Assembly (NCBI RefSeq): GCF_006345805.1
Contig: NC_043022.1
Span: 186,001 to 250,000 of the forward strand
Length of the DNA stretch: 64,000 bases
From: Octopus sinensis
Lineage: Eukaryota
Direction of reading: 5' to 3'
The position numbers and the translations under genes were made by a program. The notes beneath the pieces were generated by a model. It searched no databases and was not told the origin of the DNA. It saw nothing but the letters and a program-made list of their open reading frames with translations. Positions within the stretch are counted from its first letter, which is position 1, and the number at the start of each line of letters is the position of its first letter. Positions 13,610-25,975 of this stretch are shown in pieces.

Positions 13610-14340
13610 TATCGAAAGAAAAACAGGATGCAAAGGATTTAGCGGTACATATGTTTCCGGCTTTATTAGACAGTTTATATCAATGCATAATTGATGTAAT
13701 ATGTATGTCAATAGCCTTCTTCAGTCGCGCACAATTACCACACCAAAGACATGTATTACATTATAAGTTTGGGAAGCAAATCCTCATAGTCGCATAGAGC
13801 AGAGTGAGACACCAAAACAAAAACAAAGCGTCCATACCGTCTTTCACTCGATATAGAATGAGGAGGTTGGACGTTGAGGTACAGAGGGAAGCAGTTGGAG
13901 GGGGGTGAATCTTTAATGAGTTTGGGATCGCAAAGAGGGAAAGTAGTAGATGCAAAGTGTAATAAAAGAGTAAAAATTAAAAAAATATAAAAGATATAAA
14001 AAATATAAAAAGAATATAAGTATATAAATATACAAAGACGTGAAAAAGACATGGGAATATAAATAAAGATAAAGAAGCGAAAGAATAAAGACGAAATATA
14101 AGAACAAAAAATAAAAATAAATAATAAAAATAAAATATAAAGGGGTAAAGAAACATAAAGGGGTAAAGAAATAAAAGGGTGGACGCAAAGATAAAGTAAG
14201 GTACAGAAAGGAATATATGCAGTTAGTGAAACTTTAGGATGTATTGGTGGGTGTCATAAATTAAAACTTAATTGTCTGGGGATGGTCAGTATAAGTTGTC
14301 TGCTCCAAGCTGGTGTGTGGTTAAATAGTTTATCTGCTTT
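13610..14340 (-). mobile_element. Penelope-like element 3' fragment; homologs at 39290-40090 and 44340-44470
   Basis: Copies align; the minus strand ends in a hammerhead motif (13642-13728, 39314-39401, 44371-44465). Confidence 0.55.
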
Positions 14341-15639
14341 CTCATAAAATGTCTGGGACCGTATTATTATCAGTCAACATGTACACACATACATGCATGC
14401 ATATATATACTCACGCACACATATATACATACACCCGTGAGGAAGTACCGACAGGGATACACATATACATACATACCGCTACGCACAGATACCCAAACCC
14501 GCACATAACTAAATACATATATACATATACACATACACACCTCTGCACATGTACCCGTATACATATAAATAAAATTACATAGTCACACGTACATATACCG
14601 AGCCCGCACATCTGCACACTTATATACGCATATGCGTACATACATATATATCTCAATATACACATACATGCAAGAAAAAGTGCATGCAGCTGGGTACAAG
14701 AACCCACGCACATATGTACTTATATGCACACACGCACATGCACACATAAATAAGGAAGCATATCTCTATGCATATATGCATATATGCATATATGCACATA
14801 TGCATATATACATGTACACTCACACATACACCCCCAAAAGAAACTAAGAAAATATATATATACCTGCACCCGTAGATAAACCCATAGACAATGAATATAT
14901 ACATATGCGTACACATCCCTAGACCCACACATACATATACATATATATAATATATACACACACATACATATACACATATACACATATACATATATATAAT
15001 ATATACACACACATACATATACACATATACACATACACACATACACATATATATATGTGTATATATGCATACATATACATATACAATGAAACCCATACAT
15101 AACCAACACATGCATACATCGACATGTATGTGTCCGTAGAGGTTCATTCAAGATCATGCGCACACACACCTGTTTATATACTTATATACGCACACGCCCT
15201 CACGCGTGCACGAGTACACATAAATACATATATACAGACACACCCAGATTCAAGAACATAGGCATATGTACATAAATCCCCACATGCACAGAAACAGGTA
15301 TACCCATTCCCATGTCTACGCACGTGCATATGTATCCCTGTGCACTCGGACAAGGAGGAACTAGGAATGCGCATACAAGCATACATACACACATACCTAC
15401 ACACACGCAAACACATACAAACATATACATATACGTACCTACGCGCACATCCATACAAACGTGTATATACGCCCACCACTACACGCACACTCATGGACAT
15501 ACTCATATGCACATATATGCTCATGCTCATATATATATATATATATATATTATAATATAATAATATATATTTTATATATATATATTATAATAAAATATAT
15601 ATATATATATATATATACAATAGATATATCTATATATAA

Positions 15640-15688
<49 letters not shown>

Positions 15689-15736
15689 TATATATATATA
15701 TAATATATACACTATATATATATATATATATATATA

Positions 15737-15935
15737 CTTTATTTAAAGCAGCAGAAAATTCAACAAAACCTGTTACTCTGAGTTTCACGTTGCGTTCATC
15801 GGACAGTTTTTGCAACGGGAAACTCAGAGTAACAGGTTTGTTGAATTTTCTGCTGCTTTAAATAAAGCATATTACTCTACCACTGGTATTTGAGTAATCT
15901 TTTTCCACCTTGTTTCACATTTATGTGTTTACTCC

Positions 15936-15950
<15 letters not shown>
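15737..15950. mobile_element. Penelope-like terminus with ~49-bp inverted arms; related copy at 61455-61605
   Basis: 15738-15786 vs 15819-15866 palindrome; hammerhead-like motif 15770-15806 (-). Confidence 0.55.
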
Positions 15951-15980
<30 letters not shown>

Positions 15981-16056
15981 TTATATATATGTCTCGTATG
16001 ATATCCTATATGCTATGTCATTTTCATTTCTCACAGTTAAAAAAAATTTTTTGTAG

Positions 16057-16118
16057 GGAGTTGAGTACTAAAAATCCTTGTTGTGCTGGATTTGTGGGAA
16101 GTGTCGATGGCTGTAGAG
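16057..16118 (+). CDS. Exon 3, EMI/Nimrod-like CCxG(F/Y) stub (ELSTKNPCCAGFVGSVDGCR)
   Basis: TTTTTTGTAG| acceptor, G|GTGAGT donor, 62 nt converting phase 2 to phase 1; CCAGF...C motif directly upstream of the EGF array. Confidence 0.7.
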
Positions 16119-16469
16119 GTGAGTTACTCTATATATTAAGTATACATACATACATATTTATCTATATTATGTTAAAACTCAAAGTTTGTCTGTCTGTTTT
16201 CCTGCCATATGATTCAGATGATAAAGATGACAAATAAAATAGCCATTTCCTAAAACAAAAATAAAAGAAATTGAATTGAATATGTCGATACTTCACAGAG
16301 TCCCCGTAGCTACCCTTGGTTGTCCTTTATCCGTACTTTCTGTTTTCTTCCCTTAATCATTTATACAACTTTCAGAGTCCCTATATTTTTTTATTCACGG
16401 GTACTTCTTTCTTCTTAAAGGGGAACATTACTATTTCATTTGAAATAGAATATTAATTTTTATCATCTT

Positions 16470-16990
16470 AATCAGAGAAACTACTGGGAAAGACTCAAGA
16501 GATTAAGACTCTATTCCTTAGAGCGTAGGCGAGAAAGATATGCCATAATATACATCTGGAAGATCCTAGAAGGACTTGTCCCAAACTTTGGCATCGAGAG
16601 TTACACAAATGCTAGAACTGGGCGCCACTGCATAGTGCCAAAGACTCCAAATTTGCCATCAAGATGTAGGACAAGATACTGTGATAGCCTGGGTTTCAGA
16701 GGCCCACAGCTCTTCAATATCCTCCCGAAGGACCTGAGAGACCTGCATGGGGTGGATGCAGATGTCTCTAAAATAAAATTGGATCTCTTCCTGTCAGGTG
16801 TCCCAGATGAACCAACTTCACGACAGGAGGTGCAGAGAAGGGCAGCTGCATCGAACTCTCTCATGCACCGAATGGCAATTGCTAAAAAGCATTCGTGAAG
16901 TAAAATCATGTAGCAACACCAAATGGCGATGCCCCAGCATGGCCACAGCTCGTGAGCTGAAACTAGATAAAATAAAATAAAAAATAAATA
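16470..16990 (+). mobile_element. CR1/L2-type LINE 3' end
   Basis: NYWERLKRLRLYSLERRRERYAIIYIWKILEGLVP...GPQLFNILPKDLR is the typical CR1-group ORF2 C-terminus; short 3' UTR and A-rich tail. Confidence 0.8.
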
Positions 16991-17239
16991 AAATTATAAA
17001 TGAAAGAAGTTGAATCTCATAAGAATGGAAAAACAATCAACAAAAAATTGAATGTACCTTATAAAAATGCTCCACAATCGATATACCGCGGTAGACTGGT
17101 GCGCCTCGAGATTATCTTAGTTGTACCGCAGTGTAATCTGAATACCATTTTCCCCTATACTTTTTAGTTATATTTTTATTTCAGATGTGCAACCGAATTT
17201 TGAAAAGAATATAAACGTACTGCAAATGAAATAATTTGC

Positions 17240-17790
17240 GGAGCACTGCTTTATAATGAAACACTTTTAAGAGCATTCAAATGCCACTTCAACGTTGAAA
17301 TCGTTGCCTTAATGAGATCAGTTAAATACGTCATAAAGTACACGTTTAAAAGGAATTGACCAAGCTGCTGGTCAAATAAACAATAAAAACGAAATTAGTC
17401 AATATATGATGGGTAGGTATATTGGACCATCGGAAGCAGTTGCATTCATTTTAGGATTTTTAATTCATGAAAGAGCACCTGATGTAGTGAAACTGCAAGT
17501 TCCTCTACCAGATGAACAAAGAATATCGCTCACAAATAATAAGGACATGGCTGTCAATGAACGACATATGAGAACAATATTGACAATTCTTTTTATTATG
17601 CATCAATGATGACGGCAAAAACATTACTTTATGTTGAAGAACCCATGTATTTCACTTGGAACAGAAGTAACAAAGAATGGCAAAGAGGAAAAAGTGTTGG
17701 GGGCCATTTGAACGTTTTCAAAGAAGAAACACTTGATTGAGTTTATGTTGTCTCATGAAGTTTGAAATAGTATTTTTTTCCTTTCCGCTG
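17240..17790 (+). mobile_element. Helitron Rep/helicase remnant
   Basis: CHFNVEIVALMRSVKYVIKYTFK and GRYIGPSEAVAFILGFLIHERAPDVVKLQVPLPDEQ match Helitron HINVE...KY.YKY.YKG and RY.S..EA..R......H......L..HLP motifs. Confidence 0.75.
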
Positions 17791-18018
17791 AGCATCGACA
17801 TTTCAAACTTGGTATGGTTGTGATCCAACGGTTCACGGATACATCTAGTACGTACATACATAAATTTAAGTCACAGTATATGGATTCATATCATCTGAAC
17901 AAAAGCTCTTTAATGTATCATTCTACAAAATAGAATATTCTTTTCGTGTTTACTCTAGACACAAGGCCCGAAATTGTAGGAGAGAGGGACAGTCGATTAG
18001 ATCGACCCCAGTACGCAA

Positions 18019-18825
18019 CTGGTACTTAATTTATCGACTCCGAAAGGATGAAAAGCAAAGTCGACGCAAGCGGAATTTGAAATCAAATTGTAAAGACACG
18101 AAATACCTATTTCTTTACTACCCACAAGGGGCTAAACACAGAGGGGACGAACAAGGACAGACAAACGGTTTAAGTCGATTACATCGACCCCAGTGCGTAA
18201 CTGGTACTTATTTAATCGGACCCGAAAAGATTAAACGCAAAGTCGACCTCAGCGGAATTTGATCTCAGAACGTAAAGGCAGACGAAATACCACTAAGCAT
18301 CTCGCCCGGCGTGCTAACGTTTCTGCTAGCTCGCCGCCTAAATAATTAAGTCTATTTTAGGTACAAGGCCCTGAAATTCTGGGGGACTAGTCGATTACAT
18401 CGACCTCAGTATTTCACTGGTACTTAATTTATCGACTCCGAAAGGATGAAAAGCAAAGTCGACGCAAGCGGAATTTGAAATCAAATTGTAAAGACACGAA
18501 ATACCTATTTCTTTACTACCCACAAGGGGCTAAACACAGAGGGGACGAACAAGGACAGACAAACGGTTTAAGTCGATTACATCGACCCCAGTGCGTAACT
18601 GGTACTTATTTAATCGGACCCGAAAAGATTAAACGCAAAGTCGACCTCAGCGGAATTTGATCTCAGAACGTAAAGGCAGACGAAATACCACTAAGCATCT
18701 CGCCCGGCGTGCTAACGTTTCTGCTAGCTCGCCGCCTAAATAATTACGTCTATTTTAGGTACAAGGCCCTGAAATTCTGGGGGACTAGTCGATTACATCG
18801 ACCTCAGTATTTCACTGGTACTTAA
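18019..18825. repeat. 398-bp tandem duplication of SINE-B-derived sequence
   Basis: Identical ORFs at 18077 and 18475 give a period of 398; I saw a single substitution (TAATTAAG vs TAATTACG). Confidence 0.85.
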
Positions 18826-19961
18826 TGTATCGACCACGAAAGCATTGAAAGACAAGTCGACTCGACGGAATTTGAACTCAGAACGTAAAAGCGGACAAAA
18901 TACTGCTAAGCATTTCGCCCGGTGTGCTAATGGTTCTGCCAACTCGCCGCCTTGGACGACCAAAATATTAATATGTTGAATGTATAAGTGCGTGTCTATG
19001 TATTATGTTTACTTGTATACGCAGGTAATATGTGTATACGTGTGTATTTTGTGTATGCGTCTGAGTGTTACGTTGTATAGTATATCTGTATGTATTGCGT
19101 GTGTATTCTCCGTGTGTGTATATTATGTTTGCTGTTGTTATAGTTGTTCTTGTTATCGTTGCTGTCTTCTGGTCTTTGCCCTAACTTCCTCGCATCATTG
19201 TACCACTGCAATGGTGTGTTGTGTGTGAGTGTTATCTTGTTTGCTGAATGTGTGTGCTGTATGTGTATTGTGTGAATGCATGTGTAATAAAAGGGTAAAG
19301 ACACCCTCCGGTCATGAGTGACCATCGGACTGCAACAAGAATGTTACCCTCCGTGGTACAAGTCTGAGCAAGGTTGTTTACGAAACACCAGTACATAAAG
19401 TCACCCCTCTCCACGGCAACGATGTTATCCAAGGGAAAGGCAAAGGGGCCGATACAGCTTGGCACCTGTGAGGTCGCAACTTATTTCTAAAGACGAATGA
19501 ACAGGACCAACGTAAGATAAAGTGTCTTGCTCAGGAACACAACACAGCCCAGTCCAGGAATTGAACTCACTACCGCATGATTGTGAGTCCGACGTTCTAA
19601 CCACTGAGCTATGCACCTCTAAGTTATGTTTTCTGCAGCCATTATTGTTGTTGTTATAACAATTGCTCATCGGCGGCGAGCTGGCAGAAACGTTAGCACG
19701 CCGGGCAAAATGCGTAGCCGTATTTCGTCTGCCGCTACGTTCTAAGTTCAAATTCCGCCTAGGTCGACTTTGCCTTTCATCCTTTCCGGGTCGATTAAAT
19801 AAGTACCAGTTACTCACTGGGGTCGATGTAATCGACTTAATCCGTTTGTCTGTCCTCTGTGTTTAGCCCCTTGTGGGTAGTAAAGAAATAGATAATAGTT
19901 GCTCATGCGTCTGGCCTTCACTCCATCTCTTTCCCTTCATTGCATCATTTCATCATTTCAG

Positions 19962-20081
19962 ACGTTGATGAATGTGCAGAAAACAACGGCGGTTGCGGTG
20001 CGGTGTGCAACAATACCGCCGGAGGATATTTTTGTTCCTGCCAGGAAGGTTACGAATTACGAAACAGGACGCACTGCCGAG
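19962..20081 (+). CDS. Exon 4, cbEGF 1 (DVDECAENNGGCGAVCNNTAGGYFCSCQEGYELRNRTHCR)
   Basis: TTTCAG|...G|GTAAGT, 120 nt, phase 1-1, six Cys, D-x-D-E Ca-binding start, C-x-N-x4-Y-x-C hydroxylation consensus. Confidence 0.95.
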
Positions 20082-20849
20082 GTAAGTCTTTTATTTCTTC
20101 TATGCACAGAGGTGGAAGAAGGCAACAGGGGCTATTTATAAACTCCTAAACTTTTATGTTGAAGTTTTTCAGATTAAAATGTAGAGTTTCACTTTCTCAC
20201 ATGACACCTCTTCTTTTAATAACAGAAGGGACTTAAGCGGACGTTGTTTCTACATTAAACTGGTCATGTGACTACTCATGTGACTGGTAATGTGACTTTG
20301 GCCCGTGTGGGTTCTATTTTCAAATGCCTATAGGGAGTTTGTCGATAGATTTTTACTATAATATTGAACATATCATTGGGTTCCCTATTTTGAAACGTAG
20401 TATATAGTTCTTTAACAATGGGAAGTTTGTCAACAGTAGTGATAATGTAGTCCCTATTTTTAAATGACAGTAAGGGAGTTTCTTGAAACTGATTAAACTA
20501 GTCAAGTGGCCCATATTTTCTAAATTACAACAAGGAATTTGTTAAGGAGAGATTTGTCTCTTACATTAAACAGATCATGTGGCCCCTATTCTTAAACGGC
20601 AGTAAGGGAGTTTGTTTAAGGTAGGTTTGTCTCATAGATCAAAGAAATCATTGGGCCTGTAAGAGAACATTCCTGCGTCTATGTATATATAGGCACAAGA
20701 ATAGCTGTGTGGTACGAAGCTTGCTTCCCAACCACATGGTTTTGGGTTCAGTCCTAGGGAGCAGCGTCTTGAGCAGATGTCTTCTACTAAATCCTGCGAC
20801 TAAATTGTGGGTTGGTTCGGTAGACCGTAACTGGAATAAACCCGTCGTA

Positions 20850-20875
20850 CGTGTGTGTGTGTGTGTGTGTGTGTT

Positions 20876-20906
<31 letters not shown>

Positions 20907-20997
20907 TTGTGTGTGTGTATTTGTGTGTGTGTGTGTTTGTGTGTGTGTGTTTGTGTCTGTGTATTTGTGTGTGTGTGTGCGTTTGTGTGTATGTATT

Positions 20998-21047
<50 letters not shown>

Positions 21048-21196
21048 AGTGTGTGTGTGTTTGTGTGTATGTGTGTGTGTTTGTGTTGTGTGTTTGTTGT
21101 GTGTTTGTGTGTGTATGTGTGTGAGTGTGTGTGTGTTTGTGTGTGTGTGTGTGTTTGTGTGTGTGTGTTTGTGTGTGTGTGTTTGTGTGTGTATGT

Positions 21197-21246
<50 letters not shown>

Positions 21247-21354
21247 TTGTGTGTGTATGTGTGTGTGTGTGTATTTGTGTGTGTGTGTGTGTGTGTTTGT
21301 GTGTGAGTGTGTGTGTGTGTTTGTGTGTGTGTGTTTGTGTGTGTATGTGTGTGA

Positions 21355-21416
<62 letters not shown>

Positions 21417-21527
21417 TTGTGTGTGTATGTGTGTGAGTGTGTGTATTTGTGTGTGTGTGTGTGTTTGTGTGTGAGTGTGTGTGTGTGTTTGTGTGTGTGT
21501 GTTTGTGTGTGTATGTGTGTGAGTGTG

Positions 21528-21560
<33 letters not shown>
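20850..21560. repeat. ~700-bp (TG)n-derived tract expanded inside a SINE-A copy
   Basis: SINE-A head at ~20691 and tail at ~21570-21760 flank the tract. Confidence 0.85.
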
Positions 21561-21834
21561 TCGCCTATCACCGTTTGAGAACCGATGCTGGTGTGTTTAC
21601 GTCTCGCTCACCTAGCGGTTCGGCCTAAAGCAAAAGATAGAAGTAAGTACTAGGCTTAAGAAATGTCTTGGGGTCGATTTGTTCAACTAAAAAGAAAACA
21701 AAATCTTCAAGGCAGTGCTCCAGCTTGACCGCAGTCATATGAATGAAACATTTAAAATAATAAAAGAATGTCAATGTACATTCTTCTTCTTCTTCTTCTT
21801 CTTCTTCTTCTTCTTCTTCTTCTTCTTCTTGTAG

Positions 21835-21954
21835 ACACAGATGAATGCTACTACGACAATGGGAATTGTAACCAAAAGTGTAACAACAGCATGGGCACTT
21901 ACAATTGTTACTGTGACCATGGTTACCAATTGATAAACGAAACCTATTGTGATG
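21835..21954 (+). CDS. Exon 5, cbEGF 2 (DTDECYYDNGNCNQKCNNSMGTYNCYCDHGYQLINETYCD)
   Basis: (CTT)n GTAG|...G|GTGAGT, 120 nt, phase 1-1, six Cys. Confidence 0.95.
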
Positions 21955-22873
21955 GTGAGTCGTACAAACTCTTTGTTTTTGTTGCTATTTTTGTCTGGTG
22001 ATGCTTGTTGATGTTGTTATTGTTACTATTGTTGGTAGTGTTTGTTTGTTGAGCGAAGCGGTCTTCGTCCCAGAGCTCGCAAGATCGCGCCTCTGGATTG
22101 TCTGTAGTGGGAGAAGTCCGGAACGTGGTCCTTTGCTATTCGTAAGACACGCAGAAGAGAAAGCAGGTCAACCCCCGACTCACCGAGAGCATCGACGGAT
22201 GGATGAATGCGCATCCAGGCTCAGCGGTTGCGTAGGAAGTCGGGGACAATAAACAGGAAGAAAGAGTGAGAGAAAGTTGGAGCGAAAGAGTACAACAGGG
22301 GTCGCCACCATCCCCTGCCGGATCCAAGTGGAGCTTTAGGTGTTTTCGCTCAATAAACACATATAACACCCGGTCTGAGAATCGAAACCACGATCCTCCG
22401 ACCGCGAGTCCGCTGCCCTAACGATTGGGCCATGGCACCTCCACTACTACTGTTGTTGTTGTTGATGATGGTTCTTCCGGCAATTGTTCTTGCTGTTGTT
22501 TTTTTCTCATTATTATTCGAAAGCTATTAACATGGAAACTTAATTAGCAGTAATATTGTCTCGAGGCTTGGTGACAACAGGTCACCTCAAATCTCAAGAA
22601 TCTCTCTCAGGATTCTTGCAAAATATATAATGGTACTCGTTTGCAGACCGACGACACGAATCTCGATTCCAGTTTCTTTCAGTCTTTTCGGAAGCATTTT
22701 CGACGTTCAGCCAAGCGCACCAAATTCCACATGAAGAATTATTTTCTTAGTTCTTCATCGTCTCTTCATATCTCAAGCCAATTCCTAATATTTCTAATTT
22801 TTCCCTATTTCTTTGATACTCATTCTACTATCGCATGATATTGCAATGTTTACGATCTAACACTCTTTCTTTC

Positions 22874-23254
22874 ATATAGTGGTTGTATACTGTCAACTTA
22901 ACGTGACAGTAAGGGAATTACACCACCGCTGTTTAGCCCTAGGAAGCATCGACGCTTCATGTCGGCCTCGACACATTTCCTGTGTCCTTATATATTTACG
23001 AAGGGGACACAAATACCCCCAACAGCTAGGCCAGGCTTTACCTATCATCGGTCTAGAGTAGCAGAGACCCTGAAACATGCGTGTCTCTAGATGCAGGCCT
23101 AGCTGTTGGGGGTATTTGTCTCCCCTTAGTAAATATATAAGGACACAGGAAATGTGCCGAGGCCGACAGGAAGCGTCGATGCTTCCTAGGGCTAAACAGC
23201 GGTGGTGTAATTCCCTTACTGTCACGTTAAGTTGACAGTATACAACCACTATAT
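22874..23254. mobile_element. Foldback MITE with ~159-bp arms; second copy 43373-43667
   Basis: GGTTGTATACTGTCAACTTAACG...CGTTAAGTTGACAGTATACAACC, near-perfect arms, 63-bp spacer. Confidence 0.85.
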
Positions 23255-23420
23255 CGCTCCACCAGTTTTTATGGGCAAGTCCAATAAAACGCTGTATTTT
23301 TTATTCTCTGCCAAAGCCTCTGGTTCGTTTCCATACCACATCTCTGTTATTTCGAAACCATACCCTCATCTAACATCCAAATGCATATTTTTGATTACAC
23401 TACCTTTTTCTGTGCGAGCT

Positions 23421-23510
23421 TACTCCGTTCTAGATACCCCGTACTAGATTCTCCGTTCTAGATACTCCGTACTAGATACTCCGTACTAGATACTCCGTAC
23501 TAGCTTACTC
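23421..23510. repeat. 14-bp minisatellite (TAGATACTCCGTAC)~6
   Basis: Read directly from the sequence. Confidence 0.75.
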
Positions 23511-23618
23511 TGCTATCTTACTAAAGAGATGCTTAACACTCTTGTTTTATTATCATTTTCATAATTATAATTGTTATCATCATCATCATCATCATCATTA
23601 TTATTACTATTATTATTA

Positions 23619-23686
<68 letters not shown>

Positions 23687-23959
23687 GTTTTTCCCTTCTT
23701 TCTTCAAATTTTCTTTCGTTCCTCGCCGAGTGTTTTCCATACACCTAGGGCAGAGAGGGGCATAGTATGCATTCCCAGATTACACTCGCAAATTCACAGA
23801 TAAAATATGTATTTAAAAATTAATAAATAAATAAATTCATGGATGGATGTTATTTTCACAGCGATAGTGCTCTTAGTACATGAGCCGTTCCAGTTCATAC
23901 GATTTTTTGCACTTCCTGTAGGGATGGTAAGCCTGGAATCATTTTCAAATAGGTTTCAG

Positions 23960-24148
23960 TACCTTTGTTTTAATAATTCCTAGAGATTCTACTGGTACTG
24001 TAGTCGCCTTGAGATGCCACATTTTTTTCAATTTCCATTAGCAGGTCTTTATATTTACTAATCTTGTCAAATTCTTTCGCCGCTATATTGTGATCACAGG
24101 GAATAATCATGTCAATTAATAAACACATCCTATTATTATTATTATTAA

Positions 24149-24220
<72 letters not shown>

Positions 24221-24345
24221 GTGTTTGACCCAGCGACCTCAAGAGACAACAAGTTGGAAGTTCATGTTGGTGTTATGCTTAGGGTGTCATATATTTGGTT
24301 TTGCGCGTTGTATTGATCTAGAGAATGTTTAAAAAAAAACATAAG
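23960..24345 (-). mobile_element. R4/Dong-like LINE fragments split by (AAT)n
   Basis: CLLIDMIIPCDHNIAAKEFDKISKYKDLLMEIEK (REL endonuclease) and a 3' UTR piece matching 51900-52000. Confidence 0.65.
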
Positions 24346-24376
24346 GAAATTGAGTTTGTTTTAAAATTTGAAATTA

Positions 24377-24423
<47 letters not shown>

Positions 24424-24465
24424 TATTATTATTATTATTGTTATCATTATTGTTATTTCCTCTAG

Positions 24466-24585
24466 ACGTGAACGAGTGCCTGGACGGGAATGGTGGTTGC
24501 GGCCATTACTGCAACAATGTACCTGGGACTTATTCCTGCACTTGCATCAACGGTTACTCACTGCAGAATGAAACAGCATGCATCG
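24466..24585 (+). CDS. Exon 6, cbEGF 3 (DVNECLDGNGGCGHYCNNVPGTYSCTCINGYSLQNETACI)
   Basis: TTCCTCTAG|...G|GTAAGA, 120 nt, phase 1-1, six Cys. Confidence 0.95.
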
Positions 24586-24597
24586 GTAAGACATCAA

Positions 24598-25975
24598 TAC
24601 TGGATGCATCTATGTAGTCTTAAGCTTATTCTTTTGTTGAAACATGGTATTGGTAACACACAGACTCAGCTCCTCACACATCTGCAGCAAAAGCATGCCA
24701 TTACTATTACACTTCCCCACCCCATGCTTTCCAATTACAGTCCATGTGTTAAAATCCTTACCCACTCTAGCATTAAAGTCACCCAGTACAATGACTTTGT
24801 CTGCCCGAGGGATATTTCTTATAATGCTCTTCAAAGCATGGTAGAAAGAAAGTTTTTCGTCATCAGTATAGCACATAGTTGGAGCATACACACTCATCAA
24901 GGTCATATAATTCTCATGGACATAAGACGATCGTTAATTCCGATTGGGAATTCTTCCAACTTGTCCACAAGAGTAGTCTTAACAGCAAATGCCACTCCAG
25001 CTTCTCCTCTAAACTCTTCATCTCTCCCTTTCCAAAAGAATGTATATTTTCCACAAGATTCTGTAAGATGACCATCTCCAGGTAATCTCGTCTCAGATAA
25101 AGCAACGATGTCAAGATCATAGCGTTGAAGCTCCTTCGCAACAAGCGCAGTCCTTCTTTCAGGACATTCAGAGGACTTATGGTCAAGCAGTGTCCGTACA
25201 TTCCAACAGCCAATATTCATTATTTTCTTTGGTTCTATCACAGTAGCATGATGACGGCCGGGTTCAGATTGTGATGCTCTGGAGCCCCTGCCGGGCCAGA
25301 CTCTTTCAGCCGATGTGGTTCCAGAGTCCTTACTGCCATTTATTTTTATACTGTTTTGGTACATCATTGATTTTTGTTTTTTAAGTCTACAGTCAGCCAT
25401 TCAGTTGAGACTCACAGCACTATCAACAATCATGAATTAGTTAATCACTTTAATCAATCCAATGTAGTTATCGAGCAATACCTGTGCGAAACGATTTTTT
25501 TTAAGTGAGGAAAGGCTGTGCACTGAGTCAATCCCACTCACTAAGCAACAGCAGCCATAATCCGAAAGAAGAACAAGTCAACATCATCGGTAACTACTGA
25601 GTTGCAGGTTTTATGTCGGAGTTATCCCAGTTACCTGAGTTACCTTCTCCTAGAAGGATGCCCTAACAAAGGTTAGGAGTCCTTCACTCCCAATGGTTTA
25701 ACCGCGCGGTCGGGTATTCAGTCCGATTATTTCTATGTCCCCGCGCATGATACAGTCTTAAGCCTTAAGAAGGAAAAAAACACATTTATTCGATGGCCGT
25801 TGACTCTCAAGATTTCCTCCGCCCTTTGACAGGTTTTGTTTTTCATCCCGCAGGGTGTCCGATAAACAACCTCCTCACCAAGCAAGCTTGGTGGGGTTAC
25901 CGGTTTAGTCGCCGACGACCCGACCATGCAACAGGTTGTTCTGGGTTACATGTTACCAGTAGCACTCGAAAGTGA
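24598..25975 (-). mobile_element. RTE-clade LINE 5' portion (5' UTR + AP endonuclease), 3'-truncated
   Basis: IGCWNVRTL...DIVALSETRL...SVYAPT...LGDFNARVG...NSNGMLLL...TNTMFQQ...KTT*MHP is a canonical RTE APE domain with one frameshift; no RT follows. Confidence 0.9.

Noticed and set aside
16037-16056. Upstream CAG acceptor for exon 3
   Set aside because: It is phase 0 relative to the Cys-bearing frame and gives an immediate stop when joined to the phase-2 donors.
24490-25071. 193-aa plus-strand ORF
   Set aside because: Off-frame read of exon 6 continuing through the antisense strand of the RTE fragment.
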